Below, piece after piece: positions 9,066 to 19,452 of a stretch of DNA of 44,342 nucleotides. Each line of letters begins with the position of its first letter. The stretch's first letter is position 1. The notes beneath the pieces were generated by a model. It saw nothing but the letters and a program-made list of their open reading frames with translations. It did no database searches and had not been told where the DNA came from. The stretch comes from Draconibacterium sp. (GTDB taxonomy: Bacteria; Bacteroidota; Bacteroidia; Bacteroidales; Prolixibacteraceae). The position numbers and the translations under genes were made by a program. The stretch covers positions 1-44,342 of the forward strand of contig JAKIST010000001.1 of the NCBI GenBank assembly GCA_021648495.1. Reading direction: 5' to 3'.

Positions 9066-10402
9066 TATAAATTCCTAACTTCTTTTTTAAATTGAATTCC
9101 GCGGTCTTCGTAGTTTTCGAACAAATCGAAACTTGCACAGGCCGGCGAAAGCAAAACGGTATCGCCATTTCTCGCCAAATAATAAGCAGTTTTTACTGCT
9201 TCTTCCATGCTCGTGGCATCCACAACATTCTTCACCACTCCTTCAAATGAATCATGTATTTTTTTATTGTTTTTTCCCAGGCAAACAATTGCTTTCACCT
9301 TTTCACTTACCAGCCCCTGCAACATGGAGTAATCGTTACCTTTATCAATTCCCCCCACAATCCAAACAATAGATTTTGAAACACTTTCCAAAGCGTACCA
9401 GGTAGAATTTATATTGGTAGCTTTCGAGTCGTTGATAAATTCAATGCCATGCACTTTTAAAAACCGCTCCAACCGGTGTTCAACCCCTGTAAAATCAGAC
9501 AGGCTTTCCCGTAGTTGGTCGTCACGAATCTCAAAAATCATGCTGGCAAGTCCTGCCGCCATTGAATTGTACGTGTTGTGTTTACCATGTAATGATAAAT
9601 TCAGGATAGACATACTGAATTGATTTAAATTAATATTAATAATTATCCGATTCTCTCTTGTTCCCGCCCCGGTTTCAGCCGGCTCATTCAAACTGAATGG
9701 TATTAATGCAGGTTTTATATCTCTTTTTTTTATCTCTTTTTGAATAATTTCATCATCGGCACAGAAAATGAAATAATCCGATTTTGTTTGATTTTGAATG
9801 ACCCGGAATTTTGAATCGATGTAGCTTTGCATGTCGTAGCCATATCGATCCAAATGGTCGGGCGTGATGTTCATTAAAACTGATACATCGGCTTTAAAAT
9901 CGTACATTCCATCCAACTGAAAACTGCTCAATTCAATTACATAAACATCGTAGTTTTCGTCTGCCACCTGCCATGCAAAGCTTTTGCCTACATTGCCGGC
10001 CAAGCCAACTTTTAATCCCGCATTTTTCAGGATGTGGTACAAGAGCAGCGTTGTTGTGGTTTTCCCGTTGCTTCCCGTAATACAAATTGTTTTTGCTGAA
10101 TTATATCTCCCGGCAAATTCAATTTCAGAAATAACAGGGACACCCTTTTCTTTCAACTGAACAATTAGTGGTACAGTATCGGGAATACCCGGGCTTTTCA
10201 CTACCAACTCCGCATTTAATATCCGCTCCTTAGAATGTTTTGCCTCTTCAAAATCAATTTCATAATTTGAAAGAACGTCTTTGTATTTTCCCTTAATTTT
10301 CCCCAGGTCGGATACAAAAACCGAGTATCCCTTTTTTTGTGCCAGAATAGCTGCCCCTACTCCACTTTCTCCTCCTCCTAATATGGCAACCCCCTTGTTC
10401 AA
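9065..10402 (-). CDS. murD: UDP-MurNAc-L-Ala--D-glutamate ligase (TTG start)
   Basis: ITGSNGKTTT, ELSSFQL, DHLDRY, NDSKATN, SPACASFD. Confidence 0.97.
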   Translation of the reverse strand: MNKGVAILGGGESGVGAAILAQKKGYSVFVSDLGKIKGKYKDVLSNYEIDFEEAKHSKERILNAELVVKSPGIPDTVPLIVQLKEKGVPVISEIEFAGRYNSAKTICITGSNGKTTTTLLLYHILKNAGLKVGLAGNVGKSFAWQVADENYDVYVIELSSFQLDGMYDFKADVSVLMNITPDHLDRYGYDMQSYIDSKFRVIQNQTKSDYFIFCADDEIIQKEIKKRDIKPALIPFSLNEPAETGAGTRENRIIININLNQFSMSILNLSLHGKHNTYNSMAAGLASMIFEIRDDQLRESLSDFTGVEHRLERFLKVHGIEFINDSKATNINSTWYALESVSKSIVWIVGGIDKGNDYSMLQGLVSEKVKAIVCLGKNNKKIHDSFEGVVKNVVDATSMEEAVKTAYYLARNGDTVLLSPACASFDLFENYEDRGIQFKKEVRNL

Positions 10403-10403
10403 T

Positions 10404-11654
10404 CTATCTGATTTTTAAGGTAACTATAGTTAATACCGCCAGAATAATCCCAACAATCCAAAACCGGGTTACAATTTTCGCCTCAGGAATTCCCTTTTTT
10501 TGATAGTGGTGATGGATTGGGCTCATCAAAAACACGCGCCTTCCCTCGCCATATTTATGCCTTGTATATTTAAACCACGAAACCTGGATCATCACCGAAA
10601 GATTTTCGAGGAGGAATATTCCACACAAAAGGGGTATTAATATTTCTTTTCGGATGATGATTGAAAAAACGGCAAGAATTCCACCGAGTGCCAAACTTCC
10701 GGTGTCGCCCATAAATACTTGTGCAGGGTACGAATTGTACCACAAAAAACCGACCGTTGCCCCAATAAACGCACCCATAAATATGGTTAGTTCCCCAATA
10801 TTTGGGATGTACATAATATTGAGGTAATCGGCATAAATAATATTACCGCTGACATAAGCCAAAACACCCAGCGTTGCTCCGCTAATCGCCGAAGTCCCGG
10901 TTGCCAGCCCATCCAAACCATCGGTTAAATTGGCTGCGTTCGAAACCGCCGTTATAATCAAGATTATAGCAAGCGCGTAAACAACCCATTTCAGCCACCA
11001 AAAACCGTTTCCAAAAATTGACACAATCCACTTGTAATTAAACTCATTCTTTTTCACAAAAGGGATTGTGGTAACCGTTGATTTTATGTCTTCGGTAACA
11101 AACCGGGCAGTTTGCCCACCAGTTACCGGGTCGATAATAATCTCCTTGAGATCTTCACCATTTGCATCTTTTACATTCTGGCGCACTAAAACATCGTCGT
11201 TTATAAAAAGGGTAGCAACAACAATTAACCCCAAACTCACCTGGCCCATAATTTTAAATTTCCCGGCCAAACCTTTTTTGTTTTTTTTGAATACTTTAAT
11301 GTAGTCATCGGTAAAACCAATAAGGCCAAGAAATACTGTAGTAAACAGCATCAACAGAATATAGACGTTATTTAATTTGGCAAACAGAAGTGTTGGGATA
11401 ACGATTGCTGAAAGAATAATTATGCCTCCCATTGTTGGCGTACCCTTTTTTTGCATCTGCCCTTCCAATCCCAAATCGCGAACCTCTTCGCCAATTTGTT
11501 TTCGTTGCAAAATCCGTATCAATTTTTTCCCAAAGATGGTGGTAATAAGAAGCGACAAAATTATTGCCCCGCCCGCACGGAAAGAAATGTATTGCCACAT
11601 CCCCACTCCCGGAAGGTCAAAATCTGCAAATAAATCATACAAATAATAGAGCAT
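10404..11654 (-). CDS. mraY: Phospho-MurNAc-pentapeptide transferase
   Basis: [36 protein letters not shown]. Confidence 0.97.
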   Translation of the reverse strand: MLYYLYDLFADFDLPGVGMWQYISFRAGGAIILSLLITTIFGKKLIRILQRKQIGEEVRDLGLEGQMQKKGTPTMGGIIILSAIVIPTLLFAKLNNVYILLMLFTTVFLGLIGFTDDYIKVFKKNKKGLAGKFKIMGQVSLGLIVVATLFINDDVLVRQNVKDANGEDLKEIIIDPVTGGQTARFVTEDIKSTVTTIPFVKKNEFNYKWIVSIFGNGFWWLKWVVYALAIILIITAVSNAANLTDGLDGLATGTSAISGATLGVLAYVSGNIIYADYLNIMYIPNIGELTIFMGAFIGATVGFLWYNSYPAQVFMGDTGSLALGGILAVFSIIIRKEILIPLLCGIFLLENLSVMIQVSWFKYTRHKYGEGRRVFLMSPIHHHYQKKGIPEAKIVTRFWIVGIILAVLTIVTLKIR

Positions 11655-11665
11655 TCTTTTTTGCT

Positions 11666-13123
11666 TTAATCTTCAATTCCAAAAAATTCTTTAATCACCT
11701 CTTTATCATCGAAATGGTGTTTTACACCTTTTATGTCCTGATAATTCTCATGTCCTTTTCCGGCCACCAAAATAATATCGCCTGAGCGCGCAATTAAGGT
11801 GGCGGTTTTAATTGCTTCAAATCTATTTTCGATTGAGACTACCTTGTTTTTAAACTGCCTGGCAACACCGGCTTCCATGTCTTTTATAATCTGTGCAGGG
11901 TCTTCGGTGCGCGGATTATCCGAAGTTAAAATCACTTTGTCGCTCCCCTGGACTGCCTCCATTGCCATTTCGGGACGTTTGGTTTTGTCGCGGTCGCCAC
12001 CTGCACCCACAACCGTTATTACCTGCTCGTTTCTCGTCCTGATTTCAGCAATTGCGCCCAACACATTTTTCAAAGCATCGGGCGTGTGCGCATAATCAAC
12101 AATGGCAAATTTCCCATCAACACTTTGTAAAATTTCAAACCTTCCCTTAACAGGTTTCAGATTACTGATAATAGGTAGAATCTCATCTTTGTTCTGCCCC
12201 AACTGAAGAGCAGTTGAATAAACCGCCAAAAGGTTTGCCGCATTAAAATTCCCAACAAACCGTGTCCATATTTCCCGATCGTCCAAATTCAGCAACATTC
12301 CATCGAAATGATTTTCCAGCACCTTGCAACGAAAATCGGCCATGGAATGAGTGGAATAAGTTATTTTTTGTGCTTTTGTATTCTGCAACATCATCAAGCC
12401 ATTTTTATCATCTACATTGGTTATCGCAAATGCACCGGACGGAAGTCCATCGAAAAAACCTTTTTTAGCTTTTATGTATTCAGCAAAAGTTTTGTGGTAA
12501 TCTAAATGGTCGTGTGTTATATTTGTAAAAACGCCCCCGGTAAATTCAATTCCTGCAATCCGCTTTTGATGGACCGCGTGCGAGCTCACTTCCATAAAAC
12601 AGAATTCGCATCCAGCACCAACCATCTCTGCCAATAACTGCTGAATTTTTAATGCGTTAGGAGTGGTGTGCGAAGCACTTTCTTCCGTTTTGTTTATTCG
12701 ATACGAAATTGTTGAAAGTAGTCCGGTTTTGTACCCCAACTTTAAAAACATATCGTACAAAAGTGTAGCGATACTCGTTTTTCCGTTGGTTCCGGTTATA
12801 CCAACAATCTTTAATTTTTTTGAAGGAAAACCGTAAAATGCCGCAGCCAATTCACCCAAAACAACATTCGAATCGGCAACTTTTATGTACGTAATATTTT
12901 CTGAAATTTCATTTGGAAGTTCTTCGCAAAAAACAATTGAAGTACCATTGTTAATTGCAGACTGAATATATTTGTGCCCATCGACAGTAACGCCCCGTTG
13001 AGCCACAAAAGCAGAATTAGCCACCGCTTTTCTTGAATCGAACTCAATTGCAGCGACCTCCTTTTCAAGAGAACCTGAAATTTTTAAAAAATTAATATGT
13101 CGTATTATTTCAGATAATTTCAT
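11666..13123 (-). CDS. murE: UDP-MurNAc-tripeptide synthetase (DAP-adding)
   Basis: [25 protein letters not shown] motif (meso-DAP type). Confidence 0.97.
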   Translation of the reverse strand: MKLSEIIRHINFLKISGSLEKEVAAIEFDSRKAVANSAFVAQRGVTVDGHKYIQSAINNGTSIVFCEELPNEISENITYIKVADSNVVLGELAAAFYGFPSKKLKIVGITGTNGKTSIATLLYDMFLKLGYKTGLLSTISYRINKTEESASHTTPNALKIQQLLAEMVGAGCEFCFMEVSSHAVHQKRIAGIEFTGGVFTNITHDHLDYHKTFAEYIKAKKGFFDGLPSGAFAITNVDDKNGLMMLQNTKAQKITYSTHSMADFRCKVLENHFDGMLLNLDDREIWTRFVGNFNAANLLAVYSTALQLGQNKDEILPIISNLKPVKGRFEILQSVDGKFAIVDYAHTPDALKNVLGAIAEIRTRNEQVITVVGAGGDRDKTKRPEMAMEAVQGSDKVILTSDNPRTEDPAQIIKDMEAGVARQFKNKVVSIENRFEAIKTATLIARSGDIILVAGKGHENYQDIKGVKHHFDDKEVIKEFFGIED

Positions 13124-13124
13124 T

Positions 13125-15227
13125 CTAACTTAAAATGAGATAAACCGTTTGCCCGGCGCGGTAATTACTGCCCGGTGTCAACGATTGTTGTTTAACTTTG
13201 CCAACTCCTTTTACTTTCACCTTCAAACCGGCATTTTCCATTAAAAATATTGCGTTGCTGGCACCCATTCCAGTTACATCTGGAACTTTACCCGCCGGTA
13301 TTTTAATGTTGCTAAGCACCACCACGCTATCTTGTTTCGAAGCCGATGCCATTTGCGAATCGGGCTTTCCTTGCACATTCTTCAAATGCAAATCTTTTGC
13401 TATTCTCAAAATATCTTCCGATTTTCCTTTTTTTACGTCCGGTAGTTTTTCACTTTCGTTTGTCTCCTGCACCGACTCGTTAACGAACCCTTGCAAGGCA
13501 AAAACCTTTTCTGCAATTTCTTTAAAAACCGGTCCTGCAACCGATGCTCCGTAATAACTGTTTCGAGGATTGTTAAAGGTTACAATCATCGAATATTTTG
13601 GATTGTCAACAGGGAAATATCCCACAAAAGATGCTAAATACATTCCATTGCTGTATCCTGCACTGCTTGTTGCCACCCGGGCAGTACCTGTTTTACCGGC
13701 AACCTTGAAATATTTGCTGTTTACTGCCCGCCCCGTTCCAAATTTACAAACGCCCTCCAGCATTTTTTGTGCTTTCCCAATGGTTTCTTTTGATGCAATC
13801 ATCGGGTTAAGAACTTCAATATTATATTGTTTCACCAATGCACCGTTATCACGGATCTCCTTCACCAACTGCGGTTTTATCATCTTCCCATTATTGGCAA
13901 CCGAATTGTAAAAATTCAGGATTTGGAGCGGGGTCATTTTAATGTCGTAACCGTACGCCATACTGCCAAGTGTTGTTCCCCACCAATCGGCATCTCCCGG
14001 ATATTTAAAATAGGGCTGGCCTTCGCCTTTTATTTCCAGGCCCAGTGCTTTGTTTACACCAAAACTATACACACGGTCAACATATTCGCGCGGATTATTT
14101 TTATACTTCGACGTTATAACCATGGCAGTTCCAATATTTGATGACTTTTCAAATATCTGTTTTACCGTTATTTTTCCGTAGGCATGAGAATCTTTAATGG
14201 TCCGTCCATTGTTGTACCACACACCGTTCCCTGTATCAAAAACATCACTGGTATCAACAACGCCATCTTCCAAAGCAGCCATTAACGACACCAATTTGAA
14301 GGTTGAACCGGGTTCGTAACAACCACGGGCACCTAAAGCATAATTATCTTTTTCGTAATAATCGTTGTTCCCTTTACCAAGGTTTACAATGGCTTTTATT
14401 TCCCCGGTTTGCACCTCCATTAATATTGCAGTTGCCCAGTCGGCACTCGATTTATGGAGCTGTTTATACAACGCACTTTCAGCAATATCCTGCATTTTCA
14501 CATTAATATTCGTAATAATATCCATGCCCGCTTCGGGTTCAATTTCTGTACGGGTTACCCATCTTCCTGAAATATTTTGCTTGTAGCTTATTCCATTTAT
14601 CCCTTTTAAATAAGGTTCGTAGGCATCTTCCAAACCTGTGTAGCCAATTGGTCCGTGCACACCACCGTATGCACCTTTATTTAAGCTGCCAATTGTTCGC
14701 AAAGCCAACATTCCAAGTGGGGTAATCCTTTTATTTTCCTGCTTGATAATTAATCCGCCACCAAAACGACCTCGCCGAAGAATTGGGAATTTTTTAATTT
14801 TCTGAAGTTCTGTGTAATCCACTTTTCGTGGAGTGAGCATAAAACCACGATTTTTATTGCGGTATGCAGCGTTTAATTTATTGTTATATTGCTGTTTCGA
14901 ACCGTCTTTAAACATTGAAGAAAGATAAAATGCCAGCGAATCGCTTTCGTTATTATAAACGCGTTTAACACCTTCCGATGCCAAATCAATTCGAACATAA
15001 TATCCGGGAACCGAAGTTGCCAAAACACTTCCATCATCGGCACAAATATTACCTCGGCTCGGTTCAACAACAATTGTATTTTTGCTCAAATTGGCTTCAA
15101 TCTTTTGCCATTTCTCGGTTTTAATCTGTTGAACAGAAATCATTTTAAAAACTACAACTGCCCCAAACAGAAGTAGCACAAAATACACAATTGCTATACG
15201 AGATATTATTGTCTTTCGAATTCCCAC
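13125..15227 (-). CDS. ftsI: Class B penicillin-binding protein with C-terminal PASTA domain
   Basis: STFK, SSN and KTGT motifs; VPDVTGM PASTA-like segment; dcw position. Confidence 0.9.
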   Translation of the reverse strand: MGIRKTIISRIAIVYFVLLLFGAVVVFKMISVQQIKTEKWQKIEANLSKNTIVVEPSRGNICADDGSVLATSVPGYYVRIDLASEGVKRVYNNESDSLAFYLSSMFKDGSKQQYNNKLNAAYRNKNRGFMLTPRKVDYTELQKIKKFPILRRGRFGGGLIIKQENKRITPLGMLALRTIGSLNKGAYGGVHGPIGYTGLEDAYEPYLKGINGISYKQNISGRWVTRTEIEPEAGMDIITNINVKMQDIAESALYKQLHKSSADWATAILMEVQTGEIKAIVNLGKGNNDYYEKDNYALGARGCYEPGSTFKLVSLMAALEDGVVDTSDVFDTGNGVWYNNGRTIKDSHAYGKITVKQIFEKSSNIGTAMVITSKYKNNPREYVDRVYSFGVNKALGLEIKGEGQPYFKYPGDADWWGTTLGSMAYGYDIKMTPLQILNFYNSVANNGKMIKPQLVKEIRDNGALVKQYNIEVLNPMIASKETIGKAQKMLEGVCKFGTGRAVNSKYFKVAGKTGTARVATSSAGYSNGMYLASFVGYFPVDNPKYSMIVTFNNPRNSYYGASVAGPVFKEIAEKVFALQGFVNESVQETNESEKLPDVKKGKSEDILRIAKDLHLKNVQGKPDSQMASASKQDSVVVLSNIKIPAGKVPDVTGMGASNAIFLMENAGLKVKVKGVGKVKQQSLTPGSNYRAGQTVYLILS

Positions 15228-15233
15228 TGTATA

Positions 15234-15581
15234 TTATTTTTTTTGAATAATTAATTTTTGTGGCGGCTTCACGGGCTCCTGTAAACCAATTCCCGCGTCT
15301 TCTACTTTTTTCGCAACTTCAGAGGGCCGGCTTGCATCCATAAGTTTTGCCGACAGGGTAATAGATTCGGAACGTAGCTCGTCAAGCGTATCCTGCAAAA
15401 CTTCAATTTGCCTGATTGTACGCTCCGACCAGTTTCTGTTGGTAATTAACATTATACCGAGAAATGCCAGAAACAACAAAAAAGGCAATTGTTTCGTAAC
15501 CCGGTCGTCCGTTAAAATGGTACCACCAATATACTGTTTCATACCACCTGTTTTCTTGCTGTTTTTTGATTTTTCAGACAT
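15234..15581 (-). CDS. ftsL: FtsL-like cell division protein
   Basis: Single TM plus coiled coil between rsmH and ftsI; ATG at 15581 avoids overlap with rsmH. Confidence 0.8.
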   Translation of the reverse strand: MSEKSKNSKKTGGMKQYIGGTILTDDRVTKQLPFLLFLAFLGIMLITNRNWSERTIRQIEVLQDTLDELRSESITLSAKLMDASRPSEVAKKVEDAGIGLQEPVKPPQKLIIQKK

Positions 15582-15582
15582 A

Positions 15583-16488
15583 TTATATTTTTTCTGCAAC
15601 TCTTAATTTTGCACTTCTTGAACGACTGTTGACCTTCAATTCTTTGGCAGCGGGAACAATTACTTTTCTATTAATTGTTTTAAAAGGTGAAATAATATTC
15701 CCATAAAAATCCTTTTCCACGTAACCTTCAAAATTCCCCGACCTCATAAAATTCTTGCACAGCCTGTCTTCTAAACTATGGTAGCTAAGCACAACTAAAC
15801 GGCCACCCTTTTTTAACAAGTGCTTAGAAGCTTGTAAAAATTCTTTCAAGGCTTCCATTTCGTCATTCACCTCAATACGCAAGGCTTGAAACACTTGCGC
15901 CAAATACTTATTTTCGATTGCTTTGGGTGCACATTCCGATGCTATTTCTTTTAGTTGAGTAGTAGTTTTGATTGGTTTTTCGTTTCGTTTTTTGCAAATA
16001 GTGGAGGCAAGGCTTCGTGCATTCTTTATTTCCCCATACATTTTAAATATAGAAATTAGCTGCTGCTCGGTATATCCATTCACCACTTTTGCTGCATCTG
16101 TCCTCGCATCCTGGTTCATTCGCATATCCAAAGCACCCTCGAAACGAAAGGAAAAACCACGCTCTGCAACATCAAAGTCGTGAGAAGAAACCCCAAAGTC
16201 GGCAAAAATGGCATCCACTTCTTTCACCTCATAGAATTGTAAAAAGTTTTGGATGTACCGAAAATTATGACGAATAAAAAAAAGGCGGTGGTCGTCAATA
16301 ATATTCCCTGCCGCATCTTCATCCTGGTCGAAAGCAAAAAGCCGCCCGTCGTCCCCTAAATTTTCGAGAATAAGCCGGGAATGGCCGCCACCTCCGAATG
16401 TTGCATCAACAACATCAGCTCCAGGCTGAAGATTTAATCCAACGATGCTTTCATTGGCCAATACCGGTATGTGATAAACTTGCGTCAT
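15583..16488 (-). CDS. rsmH: 16S rRNA m4C1402 methyltransferase
   Basis: HIPVL, DATFGGGGHS, LDMRM, FQALRI.VN, YHSLEDR, SRSAKLR. Confidence 0.97.
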   Translation of the reverse strand: MTQVYHIPVLANESIVGLNLQPGADVVDATFGGGGHSRLILENLGDDGRLFAFDQDEDAAGNIIDDHRLFFIRHNFRYIQNFLQFYEVKEVDAIFADFGVSSHDFDVAERGFSFRFEGALDMRMNQDARTDAAKVVNGYTEQQLISIFKMYGEIKNARSLASTICKKRNEKPIKTTTQLKEIASECAPKAIENKYLAQVFQALRIEVNDEMEALKEFLQASKHLLKKGGRLVVLSYHSLEDRLCKNFMRSGNFEGYVEKDFYGNIISPFKTINRKVIVPAAKELKVNSRSRSAKLRVAEKI

Positions 16489-16946
16489 TTACCCTCTTTG
16501 CTATTGTTACGTTTTTGCTTCAATTTCTCCCGGAATTCGGCTCTCGTCATTTCCCTTGCACCCGATTCTTTGGCAGCCTGCAAACGAATAGATTCACCCA
16601 TTCCAATAAATTCAACACCTTTTTCGAGGTTTGCATATTTAAGATAAGCTGCCGGAATATTTATCCTTCCGTTTGAAGCCATAGTAACTTTTACAAAATT
16701 TTGATAAAAATACTGGAGCAATGCATCATCGTTCTCATCAAATGGATCGAGCGTACTTTTAAATGCGACAACACGCTCTTGCCAGTATTTATTGGGATGG
16801 ATATCCAAACATTCTTTATGCAGGCTCATCCCTAAAACGAGCGGTTTCAAAGCAAATTCGCCCATCTCTTTTTTAAAAGTAGATGGAAGGACAATACGTC
16901 CTTTGTCGTCGATGGTTGCTTTAAATGTACCTGCAAATTCAATCAT
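16485..16946 (-). CDS. mraZ: Transcriptional regulator MraZ
   Basis: DDKGRIVLP and NGRINIP repeats; first gene of the dcw cluster. Confidence 0.92.
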   Translation of the reverse strand: MIEFAGTFKATIDDKGRIVLPSTFKKEMGEFALKPLVLGMSLHKECLDIHPNKYWQERVVAFKSTLDPFDENDDALLQYFYQNFVKVTMASNGRINIPAAYLKYANLEKGVEFIGMGESIRLQAAKESGAREMTRAEFREKLKQKRNNSKEGK

Positions 16947-17005
16947 GTTCCTAATAATCTTAATTTACTAACGGTAAAAGTAAAAAATATTACAAGATTT
17001 GACAA

Positions 17006-17045
17006 TCTATTCCATTCTATTCCACTATCTTCTACACTCTTACAT
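17006..17045 (-). promoter_or_regulatory. Probable MraZ operator (10-bp-phased boxes)
   Basis: TCCAT, TCCAC and TCTAC at 17011, 17021 and 17031 (ATGGA, GTGGA, GTAGA on - strand) upstream of mraZ; MraZ is known to bind ~10-bp-periodic GTGG/TGG repeats. Confidence 0.65.
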
Positions 17046-17424
17046 GGCCAAATTTTGTTGAAAAGATGTTGGAACAATGTTGAAATCTTTAAAAAATAAC
17101 TAATTTATCTTCACTAAAACTCATAATTACAGGCAATTAAACAAATAAAAGAAAGTAATTAACACCCGTTAATAACTCGCCTTTTGACGTTAATAAATAG
17201 AGTAACTTCACGATTTGGAAAAATAAAAAAAGCCTACATTAAAATTTCAATTCTTCGATCTCAATATTAAATGAGTTATGTTTTATTTTATGCCCATTTT
17301 TTGCTTAATTGCCCAATAAAGAAAATTCTTAAAGTTGACTATCTCCGTGGCTTTGAAAAAAGTATCCAGCCAACTTTATTTCGGCAAAACAGCAGGATAT
17401 CGAATTCTCTTTATTTCACCCCAC

Positions 17425-17467
17425 TGTCCCGGTTATCCGGGACATCTCCCCTGAATGTCAGGGGAGA
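17425..17467. repeat. Twin GC-rich hairpins (REP-like)
   Basis: TGTCCCGG-TTAT-CCGGGACA directly followed by TCTCCCCTGA-ATG-TCAGGGGAGA. Confidence 0.6.
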
Positions 17468-17522
17468 ATATATAGAATCACGTGGCGAGCCACGAGATAT
17501 TATTTTATTAAAATCTTGAAAA

Positions 17523-18353
17523 GTGGAAGAGAATAATTCAGGGAAATTCAAACCAATAGATATAAAAGAGGTATTTGCAGGGAAAAGCCCTGGACTGGCC
17601 AAAGCCATTCCCGGCTTTGTTTACCGATATATCAACCGTATTTTGCACATCGAATTTTTAAACGATTTTTTAAAACGGAACGGACATCTAACTGGATTAG
17701 ATTTTGTAGAACAAGTGGTTTCCGAATTCAATGTAACCGAGTACATACACGGGTTAGACAACATTCCGGATTCAGGCCGGTTCATTTTTGCAAGCAATCA
17801 CCCACTTGGGGGTTTCGATGGGATGCTACTGATGAAATACGTGGATCAAAAACTGGGAAAATTAAAGTTTATCTCCAATGATATTTTAATGAATATCCCG
17901 AACCTGGCCCCCATGTTCATTCCTGTGAACAAGCACGGAGGAAATAGCAGGGAAGTTGCCCGCTTACTAACCGAAACCTATAATTCTGATGTTCAAATTC
18001 TAATTTTTCCTGCAGGTTTGGCTTCAAGAAAAATAAAAGGAAATATTGTTGATTTGGAATGGAAAAAACACTTCATCTCCAAATCAATACAACACAAACG
18101 CGATGTTGTTCCAATATTTATTGGAGGTAGAAATTCAGACCGTTTCTATCGAATAGCAAAATTCAGGAAATTTTTCCGTATAAAATGGAATTTGGAAATG
18201 TTTTTCCTTCCTGATGAAACGATGAAACACAGAAACTCTGAAATCCATATTTATTTTGGAAAACCCATTCCTTTCAGCACCTTCGACAACTCAAAAACAC
18301 ATAAAGATTGGGCCGATTGGGTAAAAAACCAAGTTTACCAATTACAGCCGTAA
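17523..18353 (+). CDS. PlsC-family acyltransferase, probable GlsA/OlsA-like O-acyltransferase
   Basis: NHPLGGFD (HX4D), FPAG; paired with a GNAT N-acyltransferase next to mraZ. Confidence 0.8.
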   Translation: MEENNSGKFKPIDIKEVFAGKSPGLAKAIPGFVYRYINRILHIEFLNDFLKRNGHLTGLDFVEQVVSEFNVTEYIHGLDNIPDSGRFIFASNHPLGGFDGMLLMKYVDQKLGKLKFISNDILMNIPNLAPMFIPVNKHGGNSREVARLLTETYNSDVQILIFPAGLASRKIKGNIVDLEWKKHFISKSIQHKRDVVPIFIGGRNSDRFYRIAKFRKFFRIKWNLEMFFLPDETMKHRNSEIHIYFGKPIPFSTFDNSKTHKDWADWVKNQVYQLQP

Positions 18354-18443
18354 TTTAAGTTTATAAATAAATGATCGCTCAACAACCAACCTTTGTTAGA
18401 TTTTTATAATTTTGTATTCAATTGTTCAAAAAAAAAAACGTAA

Positions 18444-19403
18444 ATGAAAGAAATATTAGCGCCTCTGCCAAGAGAGGAGATTTACGCCGAATTGACCCCT
18501 GAAAAACTACTAAGAAAAACCAATAAAGGTGGAAACGAAATATATATCGTAACTTATCACGATTCGCCTTCAATTATGCACGAAATTGGCCGATTGCGTG
18601 AAATTACTTTTCGGGACGCAGGTGGCGGCACTGGTAAAGAAACAGACATCGATAATTACGATACTGATGAAATACCTTACAAACAACTAATTGTTTGGGA
18701 TCCGGATGCAAAAGAGATTTTGGGAGGATACCGCTATTTACTGTGCGGAAAAGCCCCAAAAGATGAAAACGGAGCTGTCCATTTGGCGACCTCCCGTCTT
18801 TTTACATTTTCGGAGACGTTTGTGAACGACTATTTACCTTACACATTAGAATTAGGCCGTTCGTTTGTTCAACCAGCGTACCAATCGAGTAAAGCAGGAG
18901 CCAAAGCACTTTTCGCCTTGGATAATCTTTGGGACGGACTTGGTGCATTAATTGTTAACCATCCTGAGATTAAATATTTTTTCGGAAAGATTACAATGTA
19001 TATGCACTTCCACACCAAAGCCCGAAACTTACTTCAATATTTTTTCAGAAAATATTTTAGGGATAAAGAGAATCTGGTTTATCCAAAGGTTCCGGTTGAA
19101 TTCGATTTTGATGTGGAAGCCATGGAAAAACTTTTTGTTGGCGAGAACTACAAAGAAGATTATAAAATCCTCACGCAAAATGTGAGGTTATTTGGAGAAA
19201 ATATTCCTCCACTAATTAATGCTTACATGAATTTGTCGCCATCGATGAAAACTTTTGGAACTATTAATAACGCAAGATTTGGGAATGTTTTGGAAACTGG
19301 GATAATTCTTACCATCAAAGATATTTACGATGTTAAGGTTGACCGGCACATTGAAACTTATATAAAAAGTAAGGATGACGAAGAGTGGCCTGAAGTTGAA
19401 TAA
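18444..19403 (+). CDS. GNAT N-acyltransferase, probable GlsB/OlsB-like glycine-lipid synthase
   Basis: EIGRLRE.TFR.AGGG, LELGRSFV, IPPLINAYM. Confidence 0.8.
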   Translation: MKEILAPLPREEIYAELTPEKLLRKTNKGGNEIYIVTYHDSPSIMHEIGRLREITFRDAGGGTGKETDIDNYDTDEIPYKQLIVWDPDAKEILGGYRYLLCGKAPKDENGAVHLATSRLFTFSETFVNDYLPYTLELGRSFVQPAYQSSKAGAKALFALDNLWDGLGALIVNHPEIKYFFGKITMYMHFHTKARNLLQYFFRKYFRDKENLVYPKVPVEFDFDVEAMEKLFVGENYKEDYKILTQNVRLFGENIPPLINAYMNLSPSMKTFGTINNARFGNVLETGIILTIKDIYDVKVDRHIETYIKSKDDEEWPEVE

Positions 19404-19452
19404 AATTTAATGGCTGGACATCCTGTTTTTCAGTGGTTTACAGAAACTGAAA

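Noticed and set aside
10404-13123. murF and ddl missing from the dcw cluster; long loop in MraY
   Set aside because: Both are normal for Bacteroidota dcw clusters.
96-16676. Many 60-150-aa ORFs overlapping dcw genes
   Set aside because: Antisense or alternate-frame shadows of well-supported genes.
17271-17608. ORFs 17271-17519 and 17411-17608, and a short - strand frame ending YWAIKQKMGIK*
   Set aside because: No recognisable family; they cross REP-like hairpins or lie antisense to the acyltransferase.
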